Below the pieces are notes generated by a model. That model ran no database searches and was not told where the DNA came from. It worked only from the letters and a program-made list of their open reading frames with translations. This document shows, piece by piece, positions 11,600 through 23,559 of a stretch of DNA of 63,784 nucleotides. This stretch comes from Octopus bimaculoides. Taxonomy: Eukaryota. A program made the position numbers and the translations under genes. Within the stretch, counting starts at the first letter, position 1; each line of letters begins with the position of its first letter. The stretch spans positions 39,167,384 through 39,231,167 of the forward strand of contig NC_068985.1 in NCBI RefSeq assembly GCF_001194135.2, written 5' to 3'.

Positions 11600-12450
11600 C
11601 ATGGTCTGTAAAATATTTTATTAATTTTTCTAACAAGAATATTAGTATTTCTGATATAAATTCCAATCACATTCGTTTCCTTAGCAGTAATTCTAAGATT
11701 AAAAACTCTGTTTATCAATATAAAATTACTTCCAGTTCTGACGTCTTTGTTTACATAGGTAATTCTTCATCTCAGTTATCCAAAAGAATATCTAACCCTT
11801 ACTCTACATTTAGACATGTCAATAAACGCAACATAAATTAATTTGGTCTCTGAAGGAATATAATAAATAATTTGATTTGGAATGGAATATTCTATTTAGG
11901 TCCTTTCCGTATGATAAAAGCAAATCTCCTTGTCCGCTCTGTAACGAAGAACTCTATCTTATCCTGTTCTCAGAGAAGTCTCTTATAAACAGGTTTAAGA
12001 AAACACTTTGTAGTTGCAGACATTGGCAAAAACATACCTTTACTTCCAAAAACATACCTTTACTTCTACAAGTCTATGAAATTCGACCTTTAACTGTCTT
12101 CTTACATTTCATTTCCACTAAATATATCTATTTCCACGCCTTTACGCTTTATTCACATTCATCTATCGCACTACATTGCTCCACTCTTGGTTTTCTGCTA
12201 ATTTCTTTTTTTCTCCTCCTTATCTTTCTCTCAATTGTATTTGACGTTAAATCTATTAACGATTTTAAAAAAATAAATTGCCAGCGTCTCCTTCATCATA
12301 TACGCAGTCATCACATTCGGTTAAAATGACCTTATTGGTGTGTTTTATTTTTCTCTTTCTTTACCTGATGCGAACATCGCATTGTTTTCATTATTTTATT
12401 CCCTCTGAAAAAATGTCAACGTTGCCTTCGAAACATGTCGGAAGTATAAA
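11600..12450 (+). mobile_element. Penelope-like element 3' end: GIY-YIG endonuclease remnant plus 3' non-coding region
   Basis: ORF 11563-11841 contains KNSVYQYKIT..DVFVYIGNSSSQLSKRISNPYSTFRHVNKRN (VY..YIG..R pattern). ORF 11877-12329 contains WNILFRSFPY..SKSPCPLCNEELYLI...N..KTLCSCRH (PLE C-terminal Cys motif). The two are separated by a frameshift. Confidence 0.85.
12399..12444 (+). ncRNA. Decayed hammerhead-like motif downstream of the PLE ORF
   Basis: CUGAAAA...UUGCCUUC-GAAAC-AU-GUC-GGAAG; palindromic stem III (ACAUGU) and a GUC site, but the core and stem II are mutated. Confidence 0.45.
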
Positions 12451-13563
12451 GATTTAAATAACATCTGCGTTTAACTCCATTTCTTTATTTATCTGTTATG
12501 CAAAAACATTTCACTAAACCCTGGAATTTCCACCTCTATAAGTAGGCTGGAACTTAAGTACTTAGGTGAATTTTTTGCTACCCTGATAACTATTTATTTA
12601 TATTTTCCGTGTTATTTGCAAACATGAAAAAATATACATACATTTATACACACACACACACACACACACATAGATATACATATATATAATTATGGTAAAT
12701 TCTGTTAAGAACGTAGTAGAGTACAGTATAAGGCTTGTCCACCTTCAGATTCACCCTGTGCCATCCAGTAATAGTATGATGTGTACTTCCAGGTTTGCGT
12801 TTCATTGCATTATAAGATCTAGTTGTGTTTCCTAAGGCGATATGTAAATAATGTCTCTGCAAGTTTAAAATTTTCGGCTTCAAGAACATCCTATCTGTTT
12901 GTTGTGGCCTGAAACTAGTAGTAGTCACCGAGCTTATCGGAGTGTTTTGTTTTCCTCAATTATATACATATATATTTATATTTATATATTTGATCCTTTA
13001 TATTGAACACTCAATATTTCATCTACATTCAATACTTTATATCATGGTGCCATCCATTTTTATTTTATTTTATTTTATATTATATATTGTATATTATATT
13101 ATATATTGTATATTCCATATTCTATACCCCACATTGGNNNNNNNNNNNNNNNNNNNNNNNNNNNNNNNNNNNNNNNNNNNNNNNNNNNNNNNNNNNNNNN
13201 NNNNNNNNNNNNNNNNNNNNNNNNNNNNNNNNNNNNNNNNNNNNNNNNNNNNNNNNNNNNNNNNNNNNNNNNNNNNNNNNNNNNNNNNNNNNNNNNNNNN
13301 NNNNNNNNNNNNNNNNNNNNNNNNNNNNNNNNNNNNNNNNNNNNNNNNNNNNNNNNNNNNNNNNNNNNNNNNNNNNNNNNNNNNNNNNNNNNNNNNNNNN
13401 NNNNNNNNNNNNNNNNNNNNNNNNNNNNNNNNNNNNNNNATATATATATATATATATATATAAATAAACATAAATATAGATATATATACACACAAACACA
13501 CACACGCATACACATACACATGCATACTCACTTCGATGTATCTCAGCTGAGCCAGTAATCGAA

Positions 13564-13614
13564 CGGTCTGGTGATAGTTTAGCTGTTTAGCTGGCCGAAA
13601 CTTGGAAGTCATTG
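13564..13614 (+). ncRNA. Decayed hammerhead-like motif
   Basis: CGGU-CUGGUGA-N22-GAAAC-UUGGAA-GUC-AUUG; stem III ACUU/AAGU, weak stem I, A6G core change, poor stem II. Confidence 0.4.
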
Positions 13615-13730
13615 CAAGAACTATACTTGTTAAAAATAATCAATACGAACTCTCGAGGTATTTAGTAATCCTTGAGTGAAATGTAACATTATGTTTATAA
13701 TAATTTAACATAGAAACAAATATTTATACT

Positions 13731-13780
<50 letters not shown>

Positions 13781-14069
13781 GACTACGTTTGTTAAAGTAT
13801 CCTTCTTTACTTCTGATAGTCTAGTGAGTGCCTTACAGGATATTAGATAGTTATACATTGTCTGCACCATTTGAATATTCATATAATATTTATATAAGAA
13901 TTATCACGATAATACTATGTAGTTATTTAGTGTGTGTTTTATTTCATTAACTGTAATTATGAAGATGTTATGCACATATTTTATTTTATATACGCTATAC
14001 GATTAAGAATATGATTTATAAGTTGTATAATACTCACTACATGAATATTGCTTTCAAATTTTAATTCAA

Positions 14070-14267
14070 GAGAAGCAATTATGGGGGAGGAAATGAAATA
14101 AGTGGGCTACATCGACGTCAATGCTCGAATGATACATATTTTATCGACCCCGAAAAGGATGAAGGGCAAAATCGACCTCGGCGGAATTTGAGTTCAGAAC
14201 GTGTAGACAGACGAAATGACGTCAGGCGTTTTAGGCTGGCGCGCTAACAATTCTACCAGTTCGCCGC
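14070..14267 (-). mobile_element. SINE family A (diverged)
   Basis: TTTTATCGACCCCGAAAAGGATGAAGGGCAAAATCGACCTCGGCGGAATTTGAGTTCAGAACGT...CCAGTTCGCCGC. Confidence 0.9.
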
Positions 14268-14280
14268 ATAAGTACATTCA

Positions 14281-14462
14281 GGAGGAGAGGGCTAGTCGAT
14301 TATATCAATCCCAGTGTTTTCACTGGTACTTAATTCATCGACTCTGAGAGGATTAAAGGCAAAGTCGACCGCGGCGGTAATTGAACTCAGAACGTAGCGA
14401 CGGGTGAAATACCTCTAAGCACTTTGTCCAGCGTGCTAACGAATCTGCCAGCTCGCCGGCTT
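14281..14462 (-). mobile_element. SINE family A (tandem with previous copy)
   Basis: CTGGTACTTAATTCATCGAC...AAAGGCAAAGTCGACC...TTGAACTCAGAACGTAGCG...CTGCCAGCTCGCC. Confidence 0.9.
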
Positions 14463-14999
14463 ACTCACTGCATAACTATCATTCACAAATTATATAAACC
14501 ATTTAATATTTGCAAAGGTTATAATCTGGATGAAAACTGGATTATATCACAGTAAGAATTGAATTCATACCATAAGGAGAAGTAACTGAATACTATAAGA
14601 AATGAAATTTCGTCCATTTCTTTACAGTTTATTCGACCAACAACACTCCACCGCAGTATGCATAAAACTTTCTACAATATGTGTCATATAAACGAGAAAT
14701 CCGTTTGTTCTCGTTCAAGTAAAGTTTTGTTTACGCTTAGCGGAGATTACTCTAAAGATTTTTGACATACTAAAGTGACATGTTTAATTATTAGCAGAGC
14801 AGCTATTCAATTTTTACTGCCACTCCATGGGCGGTAATATTCACACATTTATTTCGTAATATGCACGGTTCCTCACTGCACACACACGCGGACGGACGAA
14901 CGGACGGACAGCACACACACGCATGTGTATATACACACTAATGTGCAATTACATATGCATATACCTTTATATACATACATGCATATATATATACTTACA

Positions 15000-15031
<32 letters not shown>

Positions 15032-15171
15032 AACAAATAAATATATATATGTATATATATATATATATATATATNNNNNNNNNNNNNNNNNNNNNNNNNN
15101 NNNNNNNNNNNNNNNNNNNNNNNNNNNNNNNNNNNNNNNNNNNNNNNNNNNNNNNNNNNNTGTATATATAC

Positions 15172-15208
<37 letters not shown>

Positions 15209-15248
15209 AACAAATAAATAAATATATATATATATGTATATATACGTA

Positions 15249-15282
<34 letters not shown>

Positions 15283-16065
15283 CATTTTAAGAACATGTTA
15301 TATATGTTATACATGTATACACATTCAAATATATATATATATGTGTGTGTATGTATACATATATTTGTATATGTTATACATATATACACACTCATGTGTG
15401 TATACATATATACACACACATATATGTGTGTGTGTATGTGTATGTACATAATGGCAGACTGACAGGATTATCAATATTTATCTGTATGCGTTTATAGAGA
15501 CCATGATACGCACACACACAAGCATATGTTTTCATATGTGTGTGTGTGTGTGTGTGTGCCGCAATACACAGAGATGTATATGTATTTTTGTGATTGTGTG
15601 CGCGTGAAGAAGAGAGCGTATGCACCTGGCGTTTCAGTTTAAATACATACATTACTCCAATTCTCTGATTCTTTTTGTATGTAAACACTTTAGTCTGAAA
15701 CTTCATGTATATATATATATATGTATATAAATATGTATATATATTTATATATACATATATATATGTATATTGACATATACATATATATATGTATATGTAT
15801 ATATACATGTATATATGTGTATGTATGCGTGTGTATATGTTTGTGTGTGTGTGTAAAAGCTTTGCTAACACATACATGTGGGTGTTTGCATAAATACCTA
15901 TTGATATAGATATACATAAACATAATGTATGTATTATGTGTGCAGTTGTATGTATACATTCGTATGTTCATATCTATAAATGTAATATGTACGCGCACAT
16001 GTGTGTATGACCATTCACAAACAGAGACACACACTCACACACGCATACACACACACACAAACACA

Positions 16066-16144
<79 letters not shown>

Positions 16145-16218
16145 GCGTATATTTATATATGTATATACATACACTTGTATCTATGAATACGTTCATAAGT
16201 GTACATGTATGTATGTAC

Positions 16219-16331
<113 letters not shown>

Positions 16332-16446
16332 TGTGTATATATGTATATNNNNNNNNNNATATCCGTGTGTGAGTGTTTATGTTTGTCTGCATATTTATGC
16401 GTATGTTTCTAGACAGAGATTTCTGCTGTTCCCCTTACTTCCGCAG

Positions 16447-16483
16447 TGTTTCAATTGGTGACGTCATATGGTGGGCTATGCAA
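16447..16483 (+). CDS. Candidate 37-nt micro-exon of an unidentified host gene
   Basis: Acceptor TTCCCCTTACTTCCGCAG and donor CAA|GTAAGA, in unique sequence. Two open frames: VSIGDVIWWAMQ or FQLVTSYGGLC. No flanking exons confirmed. Confidence 0.3.
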
Positions 16484-17619
16484 GTAAGAACTAAACGAAA
16501 TTATTAATTGCTATCTGGTCATGTATTCTCAATGCCATTCTGAAGAGAGAAATAGCTAACATCTGGGTGGGCTCCCGACACTTTCTGTTTTGTTTTTTTT
16601 TTAATCATAATTTTAAGGAATCACGTGTAGACATTTCAGTCGTAAACTTTCAATAAATAAGTTTAGCTCAGAAATGGTAACCGCAATAATGAATTTATTA
16701 CAAAAAGAACAAAAGAGTATTTATGACTTCAATTAACATTCACTTAAGTGTAGCAATGATGTTGTTAGTTCATCTTTCACTATAACTTGTATTATCTGGT
16801 GTTTCTAAGTAAAATCATGTTTTTTTTTCCTGTTCCCGTGATAATAAAATAAGCACCGATAATATTAAAAAAATACGATTTAATCATTTGTACTTCTCAC
16901 GTAGTATGTTCTTCAAAATTCCTTCAGTCGATCAATATTTTTTGCGGTGTAAAATAAGCGGGAACTAGTTTTTTTATATATATTTTGTCCAGTATGCTAG
17001 TGTTCCGCTAGCTCGCCGTCTTAAATTCAATACCTATATATATCAACATCCATTTATGAACCGGCGTGGAATCCTCTTCGTGGGCAGTTAAACTGTAAAT
17101 CTCGTTGTCATTTTAAGAACATCGGTTAAACGCATTTCGTAATACACTCCAAAAAGACGTGAATACCACATGGTCTTTTAATACTTATAGATTAGTTCCA
17201 TCGGGTGTGTTGCCGTCAATGGTACACACTTTCGCGTCGCGTTAAAAGAACTACTCATCGATAACCAGCATTTTCTTTCACACGTTATATAACAATAGTA
17301 GTTAACTATAACGTACAAGATGCGCATGATATCATATAACACTAAATATTTTACCCAGGGAGGCAAACACAATTGACCCAGAGAGGTAATTCTCAACGCG
17401 GTTGCCGGTCTGGTAGATATAGCAACCAAATTTCACTCCAATTTCACCCCGCCATCTTAAAGCTATGCAGGAATGTCGTATGAGATACACAGTGTACGAA
17501 TGTAAGGCAGAAAAATTTCGCTTTCAAAGAGTTTAGACAAAGGTCTTCGCGATCACCACCGATGTGTCAATACGACAATATCATTTTAACAACTCCTTTG
17601 TTTAACTAGGCTTAAATGT

Positions 17620-17831
17620 GTTGTATTCTATAGGTACAAGGCCTGAAATTTTGTGCGAAGTGGTAGTTGATTACATAAAGTCCGGTGCTTGACTGGTACT
17701 CATTTTATCGACCCTGAAAGGGATGTAAGGTAAAGTCGACCTCGATGGAATTTGAAATCAAAACATAAATCCAGAGGATATACCGCTAAGCATTTCGTCC
17801 GGATTGCTAACGATTCTGCCAGCTCGCTGCT
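17620..17831 (-). mobile_element. SINE family A
   Basis: CTGGTACTCATTTTATCGACCCTGAAAGGGATG...AAAGTCGACCTCG...CTAAGCATTTCGTCCGG...CTGCCAGCTCGC. Confidence 0.9.
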
Positions 17832-18000
17832 TTAAATAGGCTATACATTAGCAGTAACTCGTTTCATCCATTGATGTTTCCAACTATTATGGCTTTGGTC
17901 ACACTGGAACCGTAGACATTTTTTGCACTACATTTTCATGCTAAAATTTCAATTTCAATTTTAGTATATTGCCTGGTGTATTTAATATTTTCAAATTTGA

Positions 18001-18232
18001 AGGCTACGAGCTGGCAGAAACGTTAGCACGCCGGGCGAAATGCTTAGTTGCATTTCGTCTGCCGCTACGTTCTGAGTTCAAATTTCGCCGAGGTCGACTT
18101 TGTCTTTCATCCTTTCGGGGTCGATAAATTAGGTACCAGTTACGCACTGGGGTCACTGTAATCGACTTAATCCCTTTGTCTGTCCTTGTTTGTCCCCTCT
18201 ATGTTTACCCCTTGTAGGCAATAAAGAAATAA
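18001..18232 (+). mobile_element. SINE family A, left monomer of a dimer
   Basis: GAGCTGGCAGAAACGTTAGC (A box-like), GAGTTCAAATT (B box-like), GTCGACTTTGTCTTTCATCCTTTCGGGGTCGATAAATTAGGTACCAG; alternative tail ending GGCAATAAAGAAATAA. Confidence 0.92.
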
Positions 18233-18430
18233 GAAACGTTAGCACGCCGGGCGAAATGCTTAGCGATATTTCCTCTGTCTTTATGTTCTGAGTTCAAATT
18301 CCGCTGAGGTCGACTTTGCCTTTCATCCTTTCGGAGTCGATGAATTAAATACCAGTTGCATACTGAGTCGATCTAATCAACTGGCCCCCTCCCCCAAAAT
18401 TTCGGGCCGTGTTCCGAGAGTAGAAAAAAT
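18233..18430 (+). mobile_element. SINE family A, right monomer (5'-clipped)
   Basis: Restarts at GAAACGTTAGCACGCCGGGCGAAATGCTTAGC and ends with the usual tail AAAATTTCGGGCCGTGTTCCGAGAGTAGAAA. Confidence 0.92.
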
Positions 18431-19419
18431 ATTTTAAAATTTACTTTCCTTCNNNNNNNNNNNNNNNNNNNNNNNNNNNNNNNNNNNNNNNNNNNNNNNN
18501 NNNNNNNNNNNNNNNNNNNNNNNNNNNNNNNNNNNNNNNNNNNNNNNNNNNNNNNNNNNNNNNNNNNNNNNNNNNNNNNNNNNNNNNNNNNNNNNNNNNN
18601 NNNNNNNNNNNNNNNNNNNNNNNNNNNNNNNNNNNNNNNNNNNNNNNNNNNNNNNNNNNNNNNNNNNNNNNNNNNNNNNNNNNNNNNNNNNNNNNNNNNN
18701 NNNNNNNNNNNNNNNNNNNNNNNNNNNNNNNNNNNNNNNNNNNNNNNNNNNNNNNNNNNNNNNNNNNNNNNNNNNNNNNNNNNNNNNNNNNNNNNNNNNN
18801 NNNNNNNNNNNNNNNNNNNNNNNNNNNNNNNNNNNNNNNNNNNNNNNNNNNNNNNNNNNNNNNNNNNNNNNNNNNNNNNNNNNNNNNNNNNNNNNNNNNN
18901 NNNNNNNNNNNNNNNNNNNNNNNNNNNNNNNNNNNNNNNNNNNNNNNNNNNNNNNNNNNNNNNNNNNNNNNNNNNNNNNNNNNNNNNNNNNNNNNNNNNN
19001 NNNNNNNNNNNNNNNNNNNNNNNNNNNNNNNNNNNNNNNNNNNNNNNNNNNNNNNNNNNNNNNNNNNNNNNNNNNNNNNNNNNNNNNNNNNNNNNNNNNN
19101 NNNNNNNNNNNNNNNNNNNNNNNNNNNNNNNNNNNNNNNNNNNNNNNNNNNNNNNNNNNNNNNNNNNNNNNNNNATATATATATATATACATATATATTT
19201 ATATACGGTATATATAAACACTCATGCACGTGCATGTACATTTATTTGCATGGACATACCGGTTCTTGTCAGGCTTAGAAAGAATTAACATCGGACAAAA
19301 GATTTATTTAACACTCGTATTAGTGCTTTTACAAACTTTATCAAATAAGGTTTACATAACCGTCTGGTAATATTCGAGATACAAAGATCATGGGAAAAAG
19401 CATTTTATCAGCAGACAAT

Positions 19420-19455
<36 letters not shown>

Positions 19456-19717
19456 ACACACACACACACATACACACAAACAAACTTATACACACGCACA
19501 ATCACACATATCCATTAATGTATATGGATATATAGACATATAGGCATAGACGCACAAAAACAATTATCTATGTGTGTGTGTGTATGCATGTATGTATTTA
19601 TATTGTGTATATAATATATATTCATTTATATATATATAATATATATGTTATATTATAAATATGTATACATATATATATATATGTACATGCATACGTACAT
19701 GCATCCATGCATGTGTG

Positions 19718-19748
<31 letters not shown>

Positions 19749-20426
19749 GTGTGTGTGTATGTGTGTGTGTGTGTACATACGGACGTACACACGATTTCAG
19801 AAGTACGCATACTTATGGGCACACATGTATAGAGATATGCAGGCTTACATTAATCTCTGTACAAGTATAAGTATGTATACCAAACATTGCATAATAAAAC
19901 AAAATGGTAATAACATACGAGGCTTTAATTGCAATTTTTCATGAACCGAAGGCGGTTACTGACAAGTATATTACTTCTGCAGGCAAAAGCAATTTAGCAT
20001 CTAATTTGTTTGCATCAAATAACAACTGTTGCACTGTAATTTATCTAAACGTCTGCCAGGTGGTAGTTATGAGAGGACTTAGTAAATGAACGCTACAAAC
20101 AAAATTCTCCATCCGGTAAGTAAATTCAAACGAGCTGAGATGAAACCTCGCTAACATCTAGCACCGTTATTTATTTCCTCTTTAATCATTTGAAGCTTCT
20201 TATGTCTGGCTACTGTTTGTTATAATTATCTGTTTTGTTGAGAATTTTTTCGCGTCAACCCTTTATTATTGACATTTGTTTTTCTTCATTTGTTGTCTTT
20301 TTTATTATTTTGTTATGCTGAATGGATATTGAAAGTAAAATATGAAAGGATAGGAATAGAAAATAGTTTATTTTAATTGGAATATTTCAAATGAATACAA
20401 TATACATGCATATATGCGCATATATT

Positions 20427-20471
<45 letters not shown>

Positions 20472-21387
20472 ATGTATGTTATATATATGTATATATGTAT
20501 NNNNNNNNNNNNNNNNNNNNNNNNNNNNNNNNNNNNNNNNNNNNNNNNNNNNNNNNNNNNNNNNNNNNNNNNNNNNNNNNNNNNNNNNNNNNNNNNNNNN
20601 NNNNNNNNNNNNNNNNNNNNNNNNNNNNNNNNNNNNNNNNNNNNNNNNNNNNNNNNNNNNNNNNNNNNNNNNNNNNNNNNNNNNNNNNNNNNNNNNNNNN
20701 NNNNNNNNNNNNNNNNNNNNNNNNNNNNNNNNNNNNNNNNNNNNNNNNNNNNNNNNNNNNNNNNNNNNNNNNNNNNNNNNNNNNNNNNNNNNNNNNNNNN
20801 NNNNNNNNNNNNNNNNNNNNNNNNNNNNNNNNNNNNNNNNNNNNNNNNNNNNNATATATATATATATATATATATATAGATAGATAGATAGATAGATATA
20901 CACACGCGCGAGTTTCTGAAGAAAAAATGAAGCTTGCAAACAAAACAAGAAGTAAAAGTGACTTGCGTTCCGCTCGGCTAATAAGACAGACCTACCCCAA
21001 AAAGTTAAAAGCTAAAAATCTGAACAGCGAAAAAATTACAAAACACACAACAGGAGAAAACAAGCAACAAACAAACAACAAATTGAATATACGGTACGCT
21101 GAGTCTTGTTTAGATTTCGCTCTACAGTAATTTATTAAGAATAAGTCAGAAGTGTAATGAGTGATGTAGAAAAGTGGTAAGAATCCGGTGAGCTGCATAA
21201 CTAAGAATCATGTTTACTTTTTATTTTCTCTTATCTCTTGATAAACATAGAATTTTAATTATGGCAGGAAGAGATAACGCGTTTTTAAATCAATTTTCTG
21301 GTTTGTTTTTAGCTATGTTGATCTGTGTTCTTCTGAGTTTTTATTTATTTGCTTTTTTTTTGTTTATTTGTTCTTTTCTCTTTTATC

Positions 21388-21775
21388 TTTTACTTGTTTC
21401 AGTAACTAGACCGCGGCCATGCTGGGGCACCACCTTGAAGAGTTTGTAAACGAATGAATCGACCCCACTACTTTTTCATTTTTTCCAAAGCCTGGTACTT
21501 AGGCAATCCGTCTGTTTGCCCAACCGCTATGTTATGCGGACGTAAACAAACCAGCACCAGTTGTCAAGTGGTGGTGTGGGACTAACACAGACACGAAAAC
21601 ACAGACGCAAAGATATATGCATGCATATATACTATGGGCTTCTTTCAGTTTCTGCCTACCAAATCCACTCACAAGGCTTTTGTCGGGCCGAAGCTATAGT
21701 AGAAAACACTCGCCGAAGGTGCCACGCAGTGAGACTGAACCCGGAACCATAGGGTTGGTTGGGAAGGAAGCTTTA
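21388..21775 (-). mobile_element. SINE family B (tRNA head plus CORE-like segment)
   Basis: Aligns along its length with 27252-27648 (TTGTTTCAGT...CGGCCATGCTGG...CTACCAAATCCACTCACAAGGCTTT...GGTGCCACGCAGTG). Confidence 0.9.
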
Positions 21776-21829
21776 TTTTTTTTTTTTTTTTTTCATTTTC
21801 TGGTCTAGACTAAGTGTGGTTTCCATGAC

Positions 21830-22060
21830 CTTCGCAGGGTATCCGGGATCGGAGAAATCAGTGTAGTTAATGATATACAATCAAAACAACTCCAATGGAA
21901 CGGCAGCAGTGTAAAGGACAGGCAGGAAGGGATTTTCTGAGGACGACATTCTGAATAAAAGTAGGTATGAGTGTAAGTGTGAAGAAATGATCTGTGGACT
22001 AGCCAAATCACGGATATAATCGAGAGTGGGAAGAAGAGTAACTATGGCTGCAGGAGTAAC
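21830..22060 (+). mobile_element. Possible RTE-like LINE 3' remnant
   Basis: A plus frame reads LRRVSGIGEISVVNDIQSKQLQWNG, resembling the RTE region before the W.GHV.RM motif; downstream matches are weak. Confidence 0.35.
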
Positions 22061-22374
22061 TATGACGAGATCTGTCAGTACCGAGAAGTAGTAGCTACCG
22101 TAATAACTGTAGAAAAAGCTGAATGAGAAGACATCTTGCCTAAGGGATAAAGGTTTGTAGGTGTTGGTCAGGTAGTTCATGCCAAACAGGCGGAAACCCG
22201 TTTTATGTTGTCTAGTATTTATGTGAAGAAGCAATATTTGATCGTAGGACTTACGTGAGTTTTTCGTAGGGTCACTAAGAGTTGAAAGCTGGAAGTATTT
22301 GCTGACTCCAAAGATGAATTCCATTCTTTGTGACAATGTCATTTCTATTAGGATTTACAATGTTATATATTGTA

Positions 22375-22740
22375 GTATTCATCGCCGTCGTCGTCATTTA
22401 TCATCATCATCGTCATCATCATCATCATTGAATCCGACGTTGTCGCCGTCGTCATCATCATCATTATCATCATCACCATAACCATCGTCATCCTTGTCAC
22501 CATTATCATTATCATTATCGTAGTCACACCATCAACATCGTTATCATTATCGTCATCATTCCAATTACTTGCATCATCATCCTCATCTTCAGCAGCAGCA
22601 GCAGCAACATTGCACGTGATATAGTCGTCGTTGTCAGCATTATGCTCATTATCCTTATCCTCATTATAGTAATCGTTACCTTAACACCATCATTGCTACT
22701 ACAGCCATCATCATCATGTTAAACATCATTTTCTCTTGTA
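22375..22740. repeat. Cryptic (TCA/TCG/TTA)n simple repeat
   Basis: Degenerate trinucleotide tract; it explains the poly-S ORF. Confidence 0.85.
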
Positions 22741-22914
22741 CAGCTAATTCTTTTGATCAAACGAAGCATTTCTACTTTGTAACTCTACCTACTAGAAACA
22801 GCAGCCAAATCTTCCTGAGACCACCTCTGTTCATATTTTTAAAAATAGGACAGGTGATATAGTGAAAGACTATTTTTTTCTTTCAATAGATTTACATTAT
22901 AATACCAAATTATT

Positions 22915-23234
22915 CCATGCATGGTTGTGTGGTAAGAAATTCGCTTTGCAGCCACTGGGTTTCGGGTTCAGTCCCACAGCGTGGCATCTTCGACGAGTGC
23001 CTTCTTCTATGACCCTAAATTTGGAAGACGGAAACTGTGGAAGTCCGTCCTATATGCGTGTGTTTGTGTCTGTTTTTGTCCCACCACTACACAGCTTGAC
23101 AAAGGCGTTGGTTAGTTTACGTTCTTGTGATTTAGCGTTTCGGCAAAATAATCGATAGAATGAATACCAGACTTTAAAAATGAATACTGGCGTCACACTG
23201 TTCGGTAAAAGGACTTCAAGGCAGTCGCACAGCA
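22915..23234 (+). mobile_element. SINE family B (diverged), ending in a minisatellite
   Basis: TGGTTGTGTGGTAAGAA...CGGGTTCAGTCCCACAGCGTGGCATCTT...GACGGAAACTG...CGGCAAAATAATCGATAGAATGAATACCAG. Confidence 0.85.
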
Positions 23235-23467
23235 TTGCCGCAGTCCAATGCCGTAGTCCAATGCCGCAGTCCAATGCCGCAGTCCAATGCCGCAGTCCAA
23301 TGCCGCAGTTCAATGCCGCAGTCCAATCNNNNNNNNNNNNNNNNNNNNTTGCCGCAGTCCAATGCCGTAGTCCAATGCCGCAGTCCAATGCCGCAGTCCA
23401 ATGCCGCAGTCCAATGCCGCAGTCCAATGCCGCAGTCCAATGCCGCAGTTCAATGCCGCAGTCCAAT
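23235..23467 (+). repeat. 13-bp minisatellite (TGCCGCAGTCCAA)n
   Basis: At least about 15 units around a small gap, with variant units TGCCGTAGTCCAA and TGCCGCAGTTCAA. Confidence 0.97.
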
Positions 23468-23559
23468 CCAGTAAAATAAATAAATTCTTTAAATAAAAGG
23501 TGCTAGACGTAGAAATAGAACACTTAAACGATACAATCAAAATGCAAACAACGAACAAA

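Noticed and set aside
21881-22342. 153-aa gap-free minus ORF
   Set aside because: No recognisable domain; it overlaps a probable LINE remnant on the opposite strand.
23050-23558. Cys-rich repetitive ORFs (QCRSPMPQSNAAV, LRHWTAALDCGIG)
   Set aside because: These are translations of the 13-bp minisatellite. It is also not a CRISPR array, because there are no unique spacers.
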